Source of the DNA: Salinispira sp.
Lineage (GTDB): Bacteria; Spirochaetota; Spirochaetia; DSM-27196; Salinispiraceae
Direction of reading: 5' to 3'
NCBI GenBank assembly: GCA_965226555.1
Contig: CBDDDG010000010.1
Location: 256,001-320,000 of the forward strand
Length of the DNA: 64,000 bases
Made by a program: the position numbers and the translations under genes. This document shows positions 11,701-22,539 of this stretch, in pieces. Under the pieces are notes generated by a model. The model did not search any database. It was given only the letters and a program-made list of their open reading frames with translations, and was not told the origin of the DNA. The first letter of the stretch is position 1. Every line of letters begins with the position of its first letter.

Positions 11701-12688
11701 TACGCGGTGCTGTTTGTCAGGTCCGTGATGGTGTGGCTTGTCGCAGTACCTTCAACAATAATAGCGGGATCGTCCGCTTCAGGAATCCAGTTTTCTGCCG
11801 GGCTGGCAACTTCGCGATACTGTAGTTCATACCCGGTAATGGGGCTGCCGCCATTGTTCGGAGCAGTCCAGTGAACCGTGAGTTCCCCATTCCCCGGGAC
11901 AAGCCTGGGAGCAGCAGGCGCGACAGGAGGTGTTGCGGGGGTTGCTATGGCACTTTCCGACGGGGTACCACCGCCCGTGACATTGACAGCGTACACCTGC
12001 ACCTCGTACGCGGTACCGTTTGTCAGCCCCGTAATGGTGTGGCTTGTGTTTATGCCGATGCACGTCGGGGGAAATGGTCGTTGTCGTATTCGAATCCAGC
12101 CAGCTTCCTGCCGGGTCGGCAACTTCGCGATACTGTAGTTCATATCCGGTAATGGGGCTGCCTCCGTCATCGGCAGGCGCCGTCCATGCTGCGGTAATGT
12201 TCGTATCTCCTGCTGTGAGCACAAGCGCGGTCGGCTGCATGGGAAGATTGTCAACAGGGACTCCTCCTGTCGCTCGGTTCCGACCATTCGCCCTTCCCCA
12301 TCACGTTCACGGCGCGTGCGCGCACCTCGTACTCGGTGCTGTTTGTCATGCCCGTGATGGTGTGGCTTGTCGCAGTACTTTCAACAATAATAGCGGGATC
12401 GTCCGCTTCAGGAATCCAGTTTCCTGCCGGTCCGGCAACTTCGCGATACTGTAGTTCATATCCGGTAATGGGGCTGCCTCCGTCATCGGCAGGCGCCGTC
12501 CAGTGAACCGTGAGTTCCTCATCCCCCGGGACAAGCCTAGGAGCAGCCATTTCGCCCGGCGGGGTTGAGACCGCCACCGGCTCCGCCGCCGAATCGATAT
12601 CCAGTATTGGACATCCGGCAAGCAATGCAATAAAAATTGCGCTCAGTACAAGAATAATTGGTATAATATGGGATTTTTTGAAACACAT
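8703..12688 (-). pseudogene. Frameshifted copy of FN3-repeat / GH18 / PA14 lipoprotein (copy A)
   Basis: Near-identical to 13897-17898; frameshifts near 12270 and 12060; a 57-bp upstream deletion removes the GGAGG RBS; 14-aa in-frame deletion in the PA14 domain. Confidence 0.85.
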
Positions 12689-12839
12689 ACTGTAGGGTAA
12701 CAGAATGTGCTGGAGAATTGTGGGGTAATTTTTTCTGAAATGTGGTAATTTCTTAACCATTAAACAAAACTGCCGCGCATATTTATGAAGCGGTTCTGTC
12801 ATCCAGATTAATGTTGATTATTTCAGGTAAGTTGCCGTT

Positions 12840-13890
12840 TTACACAGTTTCCACAAACACGTACCATGTAAAACCGCGCGCTGCTATTGATACCGGTATA
12901 TCAATGCAGTAATTTCGGTCGAGAATATATTTCTCATATGTGCGTTCTTTCTCGGATACGTACACATTTTCGGAAAGTCCCGTATAGTAGAGAGGAATTT
13001 TTATACGTTCTTCCAATGTATGTGAAGATGGGTTATAGAATAGTGCTAATCCTCTATTGTATGGTATTTTGTAAGCGGACAAAATGTCCATAACATTGTT
13101 GGAGGTCTGTCCCATGTTCCATCGTATATATTCTGCCGCCCCAGTACTATCTGCCTGTTTCGCGGTAAGCTCCAATTTACCTCTCTGTACCCAACACCTG
13201 TCTGATTTGATCCGGATAGCATATATGAATCGGGAACACGTACATACACACCGCGGGAGCGAAGCCATGTGTAGAAAGCAATTATCGTTTGCCATTGTGT
13301 CCATATGGAATCGCCAAGTCCCTTATGACCAGGATGTTTTGTAGAGGCACATACATCAGCAGGATATGAACCATCATGAACGAATGTTTTTAGATCTAAT
13401 TCTTCAAAAATGGAATAAAGAGAATCAAAATACCTCTGTCCCCATTCTGATCCAAGGCACGGAGAATTTCCAAACCGGGGGGCACCCTTGATATGCAGTA
13501 CTGTCTCGTCTACTTCCTGAATTGCTTCAATGCCCTCTTCGAGAACCGGAGCGCTGATACTGCTGGTCTTACCGGTAAAAGGATTTACGACATCATGTTC
13601 ATCACTTATGCTTCTCGACGCCAGAAGAGAATATCCGCCATATTCTATTTTCTCATTGTCCAGCACATTACCGTATTGTTTCCTGAATTGTTTAAGCATT
13701 TCCATAAATTCTGCATTTGTCTGACTGCCCGTTCCACATCCTGTGCTTTGTTGGAAATGAGATGAAACATTAAAGGATTTTCAGTAACCCATGGGGCAAT
13801 GGTTCTGTACATTTGGGAGCGGGCCAAACCTCTCCGTTGCCTGTCGGTACTGGAATGAATGAGTTGATATTCACGAAATCCGGTAAGTTC
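12840..13890 (-). pseudogene. Decayed glycoside-hydrolase-like gene (alpha-galactosidase-like), fragmented
   Basis: Colinear pieces in different frames: RRGLARSQMYRTIAPWVTENP / GGYSLLASR..HDGSYP..GYREVNWSLPR..GRQNIYDGTW / GLALFYNP..IPLYYTGL; family assignment from recall only. Confidence 0.55.
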
Positions 13891-13896
13891 GGCACA

Positions 13897-16800
13897 TTAT
13901 GGTTCTAAATATTTTTGTCTTATGACCCCTCTTTCACCACCAGAAATTTGCCATGCAACAGCAACATGATCGCCTCCCCCGCCTGCCTTGTGAAGTACTT
14001 CAACATAATACCGAGTACCGGCAACTAAATTTTGGGTCACTGATTGCTGTGAGCTATATTTATCCCATTGATCTACATTAGTCCCTCCCGACTCGGGAAT
14101 GGAGGCAATTTTTTGTGTGCTATTTGGAGAAGAACCAAAATACAGTGCAGCCTGATTATCAGCAGCAATCCAGAACGTATAGGTTCCTGTTACCTGTGGT
14201 GTAATATACCCATATATTCTTTGGCCGTAATTATCTCTCCAATTTTTTGGAGCGACAAAATCATAAACCACACTGTGATAATCGGGATTATGAGGATAAT
14301 TTGAATTATTCGTTAAATTGGCAATGGTGTCGCCGGTAATGTTAAGCCAGATATCTCTTTTCAGTCCGCCGCCAACGGGGAAAGATACCTTACTCGCAGA
14401 AGGTAATGTACGGGTAGGCTCCGCAATCTCAACCATCGCCCTGAGAAGTGACCGAGGATCTTGTAGTGGAATATCAAAACCCATTTCCCAGATCATGAGT
14501 CCTCCCAGATTTTCATTAATTGCCAGATTTGTTTTTCTCTTGATCAGATCAATATTGTTAAAAGCATAGCCATCTGCAACATCTTGAGAAGAAGGCATAT
14601 CAGGATAGAGTGTCCGAATAGTACGATATGATCCTTCATATCCATCCCAGAAATTATACCAGCCGTGTGGCAATGACCCTTCATTGGTATGGCGTCCATA
14701 GAAGGCAACCGCAATGTTTATTTGCTCACGCGTAAATCCTTTGTTAAGGAATGCATTCATCTCATCTACCGCATCACTATAGGTAGCATGACCACCTCCG
14801 CCCCGCCTATCGTATGCCATAACATTCACATAATCAACGGCATTGACAACTGAGGCAGGCGCAGAACCTATATTCCCACTATATGAAGCAATTGAGAGTT
14901 TTTTCCCCTCCGCATGCAATGCTGCTTTCAACTCGGTCAAATAGGTATTAAATGCAGGCCATTGACCGCCAGAGGGGTATTCCCAATCGATATCAAGACC
15001 ATAAAAACCGTTATTAACAATAAACCCTACTACATTCCGGATGTTTTCCGCCCGCTTTGTTGGATTACCTATGATATTGCCCAGTCCGCCGCCGCTGGGT
15101 GATGACCCCGAGCAGTACCATAACCGCGCTCTCTTTCCGGCGGCAGCTGTTTTAAAATTCTGCAGCCCATCTGGTTGAGAATCGGGTGTGAGTATATCAA
15201 TATACGTATGAGCAAGAAGAATGGCATCTGTCAGATAATCAAATACATTATCTTCAATTAAATATTGAGTAATATCCGTAGAATCAGTATACGCAAAATC
15301 ACGATACGGGGTATACCCGACAATTCGCAGCTTGGGATTGCCATTGCCGAGGGGTGTAGTTGCCGAAGCAGCTTCTGACCAATCACTCAGACCCGCAGCG
15401 TTCCTTGCGAGAATCCGCACATCATACTTGGTGTCCCCATACAGTCCCGTAATGGTGTAGATGGGAAACCTGTGCGCGGGAATTTCAATAATAGGAGCAG
15501 CATTCATCCAGTTACTTTCCGAGAGCTTATACTGTAGATGATACAAGAAAATGGGGGTGCCGCCATTGGCCGGCGCCGTCCATGTTGCGGTAATTTCCCC
15601 ATTCCCCGCAACAAGACTGGGAGCAGCAGGCGCAGAAGGAGGACCGAATGTACTCTCCGAAACAGTTTGTGACCAATCACCCAGACCCAGACCGTTCCGT
15701 GCGCGCATCCGCACATCATACCTCGTGCTCTCACGCAGTCCCGTAATGTCGTAGGTGGCGGAGGCGCTCCCAATTACAATCGTATCTCCCCAGCTGCTTG
15801 TAGAGTTAGGCTTATACTGTAGATGATACGAGCTAATGCGGCGGCCGCCATTGTTCGGCTCCGTCCATGTTACGGTAATTTTCCCACCCCCCGCGACAAG
15901 CATAGGAACAGGCGCAGAAGGAGGACCGACTGGAGTTGCAACAGCAGGTGCTGACCACGGACTATTGCCCCCCTTATTTACGGCAAGCACTACTACACCG
16001 TAGGCAATGGTGTTTGTCAATCCGGTAATGGTGTGGCTTGTGCCGGTAATTCCCTCAATGCTCCCTATCAAGCTACTATCAGACGGATTATTTGAATCAT
16101 AATATAACAATTCATACCCGGTAATGGAGCCGCCGCCGTCCTCGGTCGGCGCCGTCCATGTTGCAATAATCTGCCTATCACCCGCGACAAGCGTGGGAGG
16201 AGCAGGCGCAGAAGGAGGTGCTGCAGGGGTTGCTGTGGCCGATGCGCCCCACGCGCCCACACCCATCGCATTCACAAAGCGCACCTGTACTTCATAGCTG
16301 TTGCCGTTTGTCAGTCCGGTAATTATATGACTACATACGTCGACCGTATCCTTGCATATGTTCGTGAAGCCGGAGGTAATCTCCGTCCAGCTTCCGCTGC
16401 TGCCCTCGCGATAACGCAGGTGAGAGGCAGTGATCGCACTCTCGCCATCATCGCTTGATATCCTCAACTGGAATATATGAACCACAAGTTCCGTGTCCCT
16501 TATTTCAATTGTCGGAGCAGCAGGCGCAGGAGGAGGTGCTGCGGGGGTTGCTGCGGCACTTTCCGACGGGGTGCTATTGCCCGTGACATTGACAGCGTAC
16601 ACCTGCACCTCGTACGCGGTACCGTTTGTTAGGCCCGTAATGGTGTGGCTTGTCGCGGCAATGGAGGAAATGGTCGTTGTCGTATTCGAATCCAGCCAGC
16701 TTCCTGCCGGGCTGGTAACTTCGCGATACTGTAGTTCATAGGTAATAGGGCTGCCGCCGTCATCGGTCGGAGCCGTCCATGCTGCGGTAATCTGCGTATC

Positions 16801-17898
16801 TCCTGCTGTGAGCACAAGCGCGGTCGGCCGCATGGGAAGATTGCCAACAGGGGATGCTCCTGTACTCGGTTCCGACCATTCGCCCTTCCCCATCACGTTC
16901 ACGGCGCGTGCGCGCACCTCGTACGCGGTGCTGTTTTTCAGGTCCGTGATGGTGTGGCTTGTCGCAGTACCTTCAACAATAATAGCGGGATCGTCCGCTT
17001 CAGGAATCCAGTTTCCTGCCGGTCCGGCAACTTCGCGATACTGTAGTTCATACCCGGTAATGGGGCTGCCGCCATTGTTCGGAGAAGTCCAGTGAACCGT
17101 GAGTTCCCCATTCCCCGGGACAAGCGTGGGAGCAGCAGGCGCTACAGGAGGTGTTGCGGGGGTTGCTATGGCACTTTCCGACGGGGTACCACCGCCCGTG
17201 ACATTGACAGCGTACACCTGCACCTCGTACGCGGTACCGTTTGTTAGGCCCGTAATGGTGTGGCTTGTCGCGGCAATGGAGGAAATGGTCGTTGTCGTAT
17301 TCGAATCCAGCCAGCTTCCTGCCGGGTCGGCAACTTCGCGATACTGTAGTTCATATCCGGTAATGGCGGGTCTGCCGTTCTCTTCCGGCGCCGTCCATGT
17401 TGCGATAATCTGCGTATCTCCTGCTGTGAGCACAAGCGCGGTCGGCCGCATGGGAAGATTGCCAACAGGGGCTCCTCCTTCGCTCGGTTCCGACCAGTCG
17501 CCCTTCCCCATCACGTTCACGGCGCGTGCGCGCACCTCGTACTCGGTGCTGTTTGTCATGCCCGTGATGGTGTGGCTTGTCGCAGTACTTTCAACAATAA
17601 TAGCGGGATCGTCCGCTTCAGGAATCCAGTTTTCTGCCGGTCCGGCAACTTCGCGATACTGTAGTTCATATCCGGTAATGGGGCTGCCTCCGTCATCGGC
17701 AGGCGCCGTCCAGTGAACCGTGAGTTCCTCATCCCCCGGGACAAGCCTAGGAGCAGCCATTTCGCCCGGCGGGGTTGAGACCGCCACCGGCTCCGCCGCC
17801 GAATCGATATCCAGTATTGGACATCCGGCAAGCAATGCAATAAAAATTGCACTCAGTACAAGAATAATTGGTATAATATGGGATTTTTTGAAACACAT
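13897..17898 (-). CDS. Surface lipoprotein: about 8 FN3 domains + GH18 chitinase-like domain + PA14 domain (copy B, intact)
   Basis: Lipobox LLAGC; repeated W..P..GGSPITGYELQYR...YEVRARAVN; GLDIDWE, VNVMAYD, GGLMIWE; PA14 YTFWIAADNQA; RBS GGAGG. Confidence 0.9.
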   Translation of the reverse strand: MCFKKSHIIPIILVLSAIFIALLAGCPILDIDSAAEPVAVSTPPGEMAAPRLVPGDEELTVHWTAPADDGGSPITGYELQYREVAGPAENWIPEADDPAIIVESTATSHTITGMTNSTEYEVRARAVNVMGKGDWSEPSEGGAPVGNLPMRPTALVLTAGDTQIIATWTAPEENGRPAITGYELQYREVADPAGSWLDSNTTTTISSIAATSHTITGLTNGTAYEVQVYAVNVTGGGTPSESAIATPATPPVAPAAPTLVPGNGELTVHWTSPNNGGSPITGYELQYREVAGPAGNWIPEADDPAIIVEGTATSHTITDLKNSTAYEVRARAVNVMGKGEWSEPSTGASPVGNLPMRPTALVLTAGDTQITAAWTAPTDDGGSPITYELQYREVTSPAGSWLDSNTTTTISSIAATSHTITGLTNGTAYEVQVYAVNVTGNSTPSESAAATPAAPPPAPAAPTIEIRDTELVVHIFQLRISSDDGESAITASHLRYREGSSGSWTEITSGFTNICKDTVDVCSHIITGLTNGNSYEVQVRFVNAMGVGAWGASATATPAAPPSAPAPPTLVAGDRQIIATWTAPTEDGGGSITGYELLYYDSNNPSDSSLIGSIEGITGTSHTITGLTNTIAYGVVVLAVNKGGNSPWSAPAVATPVGPPSAPVPMLVAGGGKITVTWTEPNNGGRRISSYHLQYKPNSTSSWGDTIVIGSASATYDITGLRESTRYDVRMRARNGLGLGDWSQTVSESTFGPPSAPAAPSLVAGNGEITATWTAPANGGTPIFLYHLQYKLSESNWMNAAPIIEIPAHRFPIYTITGLYGDTKYDVRILARNAAGLSDWSEAASATTPLGNGNPKLRIVGYTPYRDFAYTDSTDITQYLIEDNVFDYLTDAILLAHTYIDILTPDSQPDGLQNFKTAAAGKRARLWYCSGSSPSGGGLGNIIGNPTKRAENIRNVVGFIVNNGFYGLDIDWEYPSGGQWPAFNTYLTELKAALHAEGKKLSIASYSGNIGSAPASVVNAVDYVNVMAYDRRGGGGHATYSDAVDEMNAFLNKGFTREQINIAVAFYGRHTNEGSLPHGWYNFWDGYEGSYRTIRTLYPDMPSSQDVADGYAFNNIDLIKRKTNLAINENLGGLMIWEMGFDIPLQDPRSLLRAMVEIAEPTRTLPSASKVSFPVGGGLKRDIWLNITGDTIANLTNNSNYPHNPDYHSVVYDFVAPKNWRDNYGQRIYGYITPQVTGTYTFWIAADNQAALYFGSSPNSTQKIASIPESGGTNVDQWDKYSSQQSVTQNLVAGTRYYVEVLHKAGGGGDHVAVAWQISGGERGVIRQKYLEP

Positions 17899-18130
17899 AA
17901 TGTAGCCTCCAGCATAAAATTGTTTGGATTATAGGTACATTTCCTATAATATATTCTGTAGGGTAACAGAATGTGCTGGAGAATTGTGGGGTAATTTTTT
18001 CTGAAATGTGGTAATTATTTTAAATAACCGGCTGTCTGAAGACAATCAGACAACCATGAAGTGTATCAGCCTCTCTCCCATCCACAAACCTGTCCTGCCA
18101 ATATGCTCAGAAAGGGCATGTCGATAGATT

Positions 18131-20143
18131 TTATTCCCTGAAGTATTTTTTGCGCAGCGCATGCTGCCGAAGGGCTCGCAGGAGGCGGGCGGACGATTCA
18201 GGGCGGAAACCCCGTTCGATGTTCAGACTGCTTATTGCGCTCACCATACGCCAGTGCCGCAGCAGATGAACCCACGCAGTGAAAAGGTCAAGTTCGTATA
18301 TGTGGGCAGGCTCACTGTTTACCCCGTTAATTTCAATAATGCGAAATTCGCCCCGCTCCAGCGCGCGGATGTTTCGGGTTTTTACATCGAAACGTCCAAG
18401 ATAAAACTCGGGGATGCAGTCTGCGAGCGGAGCAAAGACCTTGAGCAGAGCCGGACTGATAAGGTGATTCCCGTTTCTGAAAGTTACCCCGCGGGCATGA
18501 TTCCCTATGTCCATGAGTACGCGTTCCTCTCCGGCGCTGAGAATTTCATGCAGATTGAATCTGTGCAGCTTTTCAAGCCGCCGCCGATGATAGCGAGCGC
18601 GGGCGCCCCGGCGGATGAGCTGCGCGAGGGTGCTCACGCCATCTCCCTGGACACTCAGGGGCTCCTTGATAACCAGAGAAGTTATGCGCGGCTCGCCCGA
18701 AACCGGATTCTTCACGACCATGACTCCGTACTCCTCTCCGCCGCTGATATTTTCCTGCAGGATAATTGCAGGCCCCATAGAAAATTGCAGAGGAGATTGC
18801 AGAGAAGATTTCATGCCGGCTGCCTCATGGTATGCGCGCAGATAGCGCAGAACTTCGCTTCGCCCATGCACGCGCTCTACTCCCATACCGCGTTCGCCCA
18901 TGTCCGGCTTGAGAAACACAGGATATGCCAGCCCGAGTTTTTTCATAATACCTTCGATTTCATCTGCGCCGCTTCCCGATCCCGAGTTTCCCGAGCCCGA
19001 ACCGGGAAGTTCCTTAAAATAGTGGGTCTTCGGGAGGTAGCGGGCTGGAATTCCCTCAAACATTGCCGACTTGGAATATTCTAGGAGCCCTCCGAAACGA
19101 AGCCCGGGATTCGCGCTGAGAAAATGAAGAAGCGATCCTTTTCTGAGTCCCTGCGCAATAAGCCAGACGGCAACGGGCAGGTACATAATCCAGGAAGGCC
19201 AGAATTCCCATTTCAGTATTTTCGGGAGAATCATAGGGGCGCCGCTGGTCGGGTGCTGTCGCGGCGGTGGCGCCGCTGTCGGGTGCTGTCGCTGACGGGC
19301 GCCGCTGGCGGGAGTGCTCGCCTGTTTGAGGGCGTAAACTCTGCGGCGTATTTCCGCGTTGATGTCTGCGTTGATTGACGCGCTATTCCGAATAGTGTTT
19401 CCGGCATTATCGCTGGCGCATAGTTCGGCAGCGGGGATCGGTGTACCAATTCGAATTTCCAGCGTCTGCCCCTGTTTACGGAACATTTCATCGACCAGAA
19501 AGAGCATCTCGACATTGAATGGAATTCTGAACCAGCGGCGCAGGTTGGCGATGGTATAAAAACGCCGGCTGTTTTCTCCGAAGAAACGGCACGGGACGAT
19601 GGGCCGGCTGTTTTCCCGACAAAGGCGCACATAGGACTTGTTCCAGGGGAGATCTTGCACACGTCCGCCTATCCGGCGGCTGCATTTTCCAGCCGGAAAG
19701 TGGAGTATGGCAGCGTTGCCGCTGAACAGTTCCCGGTATCGTTCCCCATGCCGATAATTGCTCATTCCGCCGTCCATCTCCTTACTCACGGGGAGAAAGA
19801 GCTCCTCCATCTGATGTATATTCATAAGAAGATCATTGACCATGAGCCTGACTTCACTGAAATAGGTGAAAAGCAGAAAGATGAGCGCAAGACCATCCAG
19901 CCCCCCAAGGGGATGATTGGAGATTAAAACCGGGCGCTCAAGCCCCGCCAGATGCTCCGTTCCATGCGCGCGCAGCCTCACATCAAAATAATTCAGGGCA
20001 GCGCGCACAAAGTCCGCGCCCCGCAACTGCCCAAACTCCCGGAGGGCAGCATTAATTTCACGCTGATGAATAAGTGACGCAAGATATCGCAGGATAAAAT
20101 TGGGCAGCCGTAGCTCTGCCGTAATTTCCCTGACATCAATCAT
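18131..20143 (-). CDS. Fusion of PlsC-like acyltransferase and ATP-grasp domain
   Basis: NHPLGGLDG and FPAG motifs; second part from 19234 MILPKILKWEFWP..VFLKPDMGERGMGV..GRFDVK..IEINGVNSEPAHIY; GC-rich linker with no stop. Confidence 0.75.
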   Translation of the reverse strand: MIDVREITAELRLPNFILRYLASLIHQREINAALREFGQLRGADFVRAALNYFDVRLRAHGTEHLAGLERPVLISNHPLGGLDGLALIFLLFTYFSEVRLMVNDLLMNIHQMEELFLPVSKEMDGGMSNYRHGERYRELFSGNAAILHFPAGKCSRRIGGRVQDLPWNKSYVRLCRENSRPIVPCRFFGENSRRFYTIANLRRWFRIPFNVEMLFLVDEMFRKQGQTLEIRIGTPIPAAELCASDNAGNTIRNSASINADINAEIRRRVYALKQASTPASGARQRQHPTAAPPPRQHPTSGAPMILPKILKWEFWPSWIMYLPVAVWLIAQGLRKGSLLHFLSANPGLRFGGLLEYSKSAMFEGIPARYLPKTHYFKELPGSGSGNSGSGSGADEIEGIMKKLGLAYPVFLKPDMGERGMGVERVHGRSEVLRYLRAYHEAAGMKSSLQSPLQFSMGPAIILQENISGGEEYGVMVVKNPVSGEPRITSLVIKEPLSVQGDGVSTLAQLIRRGARARYHRRRLEKLHRFNLHEILSAGEERVLMDIGNHARGVTFRNGNHLISPALLKVFAPLADCIPEFYLGRFDVKTRNIRALERGEFRIIEINGVNSEPAHIYELDLFTAWVHLLRHWRMVSAISSLNIERGFRPESSARLLRALRQHALRKKYFRE

Positions 20144-20990
20144 TCGGGAAATACTGTTCCGCCAACTCCACGAGAGCTGATTCATCGGCACTGCGGGTGA
20201 GCACATGATCTGCGATTGCCTTGAGTTCATCGCGGGCATTTGCCACGGCAACACCGAGACCGGCAGTTGTAAGCATTTCAATATCGTTATTGCTGTCGCC
20301 GAAGGCAATGCAGTTTTCAATAGGAATGTTGATATGCCGGGCGAGCATTGTAAGGGCTGTTCCCTTATTCACTCCCGAGGCGACAACTTCAAGGTACATT
20401 GGTTTGGAAAAGAACATATCGAACTTTCCCTGAGCAATGGGCGCCAGCGCCTTCTGTAATGTACAGAGCTTTTCATGCTCTCCGATAATAAGAAGCTTAA
20501 TACTCCCGTTCGGAAGAGCAGATGGTATGTCATCAACATAGGCCCAATTCATATCGGTGCTGCTCACATAATAATCAATCCATTTCTGCTGGGTACTATC
20601 GCGCCGTTCCACAATGAAGCCCTCGCTCCGGTATGCCTGAACATGAAGGTTCGCGGCACGGGTCTGCGTGAGAATTTCAGCAATAAGCTCCTGACTGAGT
20701 ACCTGCTCAAAAATAATGGTATTGCTGCCGGCGGTGCTTACTCTGCCTCCATTGTAGGAAATAAGATATTCATTGTCGCTGCCATTATTATTGGGGGGGA
20801 TGATGCGGGAAGCGACAGCGCGCAGACTTGATGTTGCCCTGCCGCTGCTGAAAACAATCGTGATACCCCTGTCGTATAGTTCCTGCAAAGTTTTTTGCGT
20901 TGCCGCCGGAAGTGTTCCGTCCAGCGCCAGCAAGGTGTCATCGACATCTGTTGCAAGAAGCCTGTACATATCAGAATTGTCCTCCGCCAA
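20136..20990 (-). CDS. Cof-type HAD-IIB hydrolase
   Basis: DVDDTLL, SSGR, GVNKG, AFGDSNNDIEML. Confidence 0.92.
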   Translation of the reverse strand: MAEDNSDMYRLLATDVDDTLLALDGTLPAATQKTLQELYDRGITIVFSSGRATSSLRAVASRIIPPNNNGSDNEYLISYNGGRVSTAGSNTIIFEQVLSQELIAEILTQTRAANLHVQAYRSEGFIVERRDSTQQKWIDYYVSSTDMNWAYVDDIPSALPNGSIKLLIIGEHEKLCTLQKALAPIAQGKFDMFFSKPMYLEVVASGVNKGTALTMLARHINIPIENCIAFGDSNNDIEMLTTAGLGVAVANARDELKAIADHVLTRSADESALVELAEQYFPND

Positions 20991-22539
20991 TGTTTATTGT
21001 CGTGCTAAAAGCAAGTTTTCCAAACAGGTTCTTTCTGTTAAGAATACCGTTGGCAGGTCCGTACTCACTCTGGGTATCGCCGTAGGCATTGATCATGGCA
21101 ATGCTGAGTGAAAATCCGTCAAAAAAACGGTAGCTTATACTTGTATTAAATATACCGCTGATATCTGACCAGTTGGCCTGCCATACAGTCGAAATAGTCA
21201 AGCCTTCGAGGAATAATTCCCGAAGACTGATTGAAAGCGCTGTATAGTGCATGCCGAAATTCTCCACTGCCGATGGGTGCAGACTGCCGGCGCCGCTTGA
21301 AATTTCACGCAGGGCAGGAGCGAGAAAATCAGAATTTTCATAACCCTCACCCTGAAAATAGTACTGGGCAATAATTGCCAGATCAATAGTGGTATCAAAA
21401 ATATTTGTTGGGAGAAAACTCAAGCCAGCCGTCGCGCTCAGGTATGGGGTTTCATCATCTTCCTCAATCTCCAGTGTCGGCTCTCCCTCCGCTGTCTCCA
21501 TTACCGAGAGGATTTTTCCTCCCTGACGGCCGAAACTCAGGCGCCCCTCCAGAAAAAAGTTGACATTCCGCAGCGGTAGTCTGATGGCGCTCATAATGCG
21601 GAATGGTCTGTCTTTTTGAAAACCAAAACCGAGCTGGGTTTCAAAGCCCAGATCTCCAAGATCAATATAAAAATTTCCCCGAGCTGCGTAGCCCAGGTCT
21701 GTCAGCGCCTTTACCGAAGCATCGGCGATAACATAGGCGCTCAGTTCATGAATTCCAATTGGTACGGAGGCCTTTAAGGCCACCGGTCCTTCCCGCTCAG
21801 CCTCGGGGTCATCGGGGTCTATGGGAACAAGGCTGATGAAGTCTCCCGGGCTCCAGAAGTAGCCGACGCCCCAGTTCACGGTCTGCTTGCCAAAGCGCAG
21901 GAATAATTGTTGATTAAAATTTACATCGGAGTAGAGCTCAAATATCGTTGCATTGAGGGTGCCGATTGTCTCGGAGTAGATCTCAAATATCGTTGCATCG
22001 AGGGTGTCGATTATCGCCGTCTTTTCAATCTGCGGAGTCATGGGATCGTCGGGAACAAGAACATCATTGGGAAGAGTAAAGGGATAGGTGGTCTTCACTT
22101 TTGCGAATACTCTGAAGTCGGAACTGGGGCGCGCATTCAGATACACATCGGCGCCCAAATCCACAAGCAGGCCCTCGGTGACCTCATCGCCGAGGACATC
22201 GGGATCATCCGGCAGGCTCTGCCAACTCCAGAATGCGGAAGTTGACGATCTGAGGCTCCCGCCAATTTGAACCTCATCGCTTGAAAGAAATTCAAGGTAG
22301 GCCTCCCCGCCTTCGGTTTCTTCCTCGGTAATTTCTTCAATCATGCTGTCGCCGAAAAGATCATCTTCCGAACTGCCGAAAATATCATCCTCGGAGCTGC
22401 CGAAAAGATCATCTTCCAGACTGCCCGAAGATTCATCGTCATCAATTTCCTGACCCGGCGCCTGAACAGCGATCATACAGATTAGGGTAAGTATGAGTAT
22501 GGCTCCTCTATTATATTGCAGCGATTTCAGCGATTTCAT
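20971..22539 (-). CDS. Exported protein, probable outer-membrane beta-barrel associated with the ABC system
   Basis: Signal peptide, acidic EDDLFG repeats, LRFGKQTVNWGVG motif, amphipathic strands; in the ABC operon. Confidence 0.6.
   Translation of the reverse strand: MKSLKSLQYNRGAILILTLICMIAVQAPGQEIDDDESSGSLEDDLFGSSEDDIFGSSEDDLFGDSMIEEITEEETEGGEAYLEFLSSDEVQIGGSLRSSTSAFWSWQSLPDDPDVLGDEVTEGLLVDLGADVYLNARPSSDFRVFAKVKTTYPFTLPNDVLVPDDPMTPQIEKTAIIDTLDATIFEIYSETIGTLNATIFELYSDVNFNQQLFLRFGKQTVNWGVGYFWSPGDFISLVPIDPDDPEAEREGPVALKASVPIGIHELSAYVIADASVKALTDLGYAARGNFYIDLGDLGFETQLGFGFQKDRPFRIMSAIRLPLRNVNFFLEGRLSFGRQGGKILSVMETAEGEPTLEIEEDDETPYLSATAGLSFLPTNIFDTTIDLAIIAQYYFQGEGYENSDFLAPALREISSGAGSLHPSAVENFGMHYTALSISLRELFLEGLTISTVWQANWSDISGIFNTSISYRFFDGFSLSIAMINAYGDTQSEYGPANGILNRKNLFGKLAFSTTINIGGGQF

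Noticed and set aside
8703..17898. Diversity-generating retroelement (template/variable repeat)
   Set aside because: No reverse transcriptase in the window; differences include indels and non-adenine positions over kilobases.
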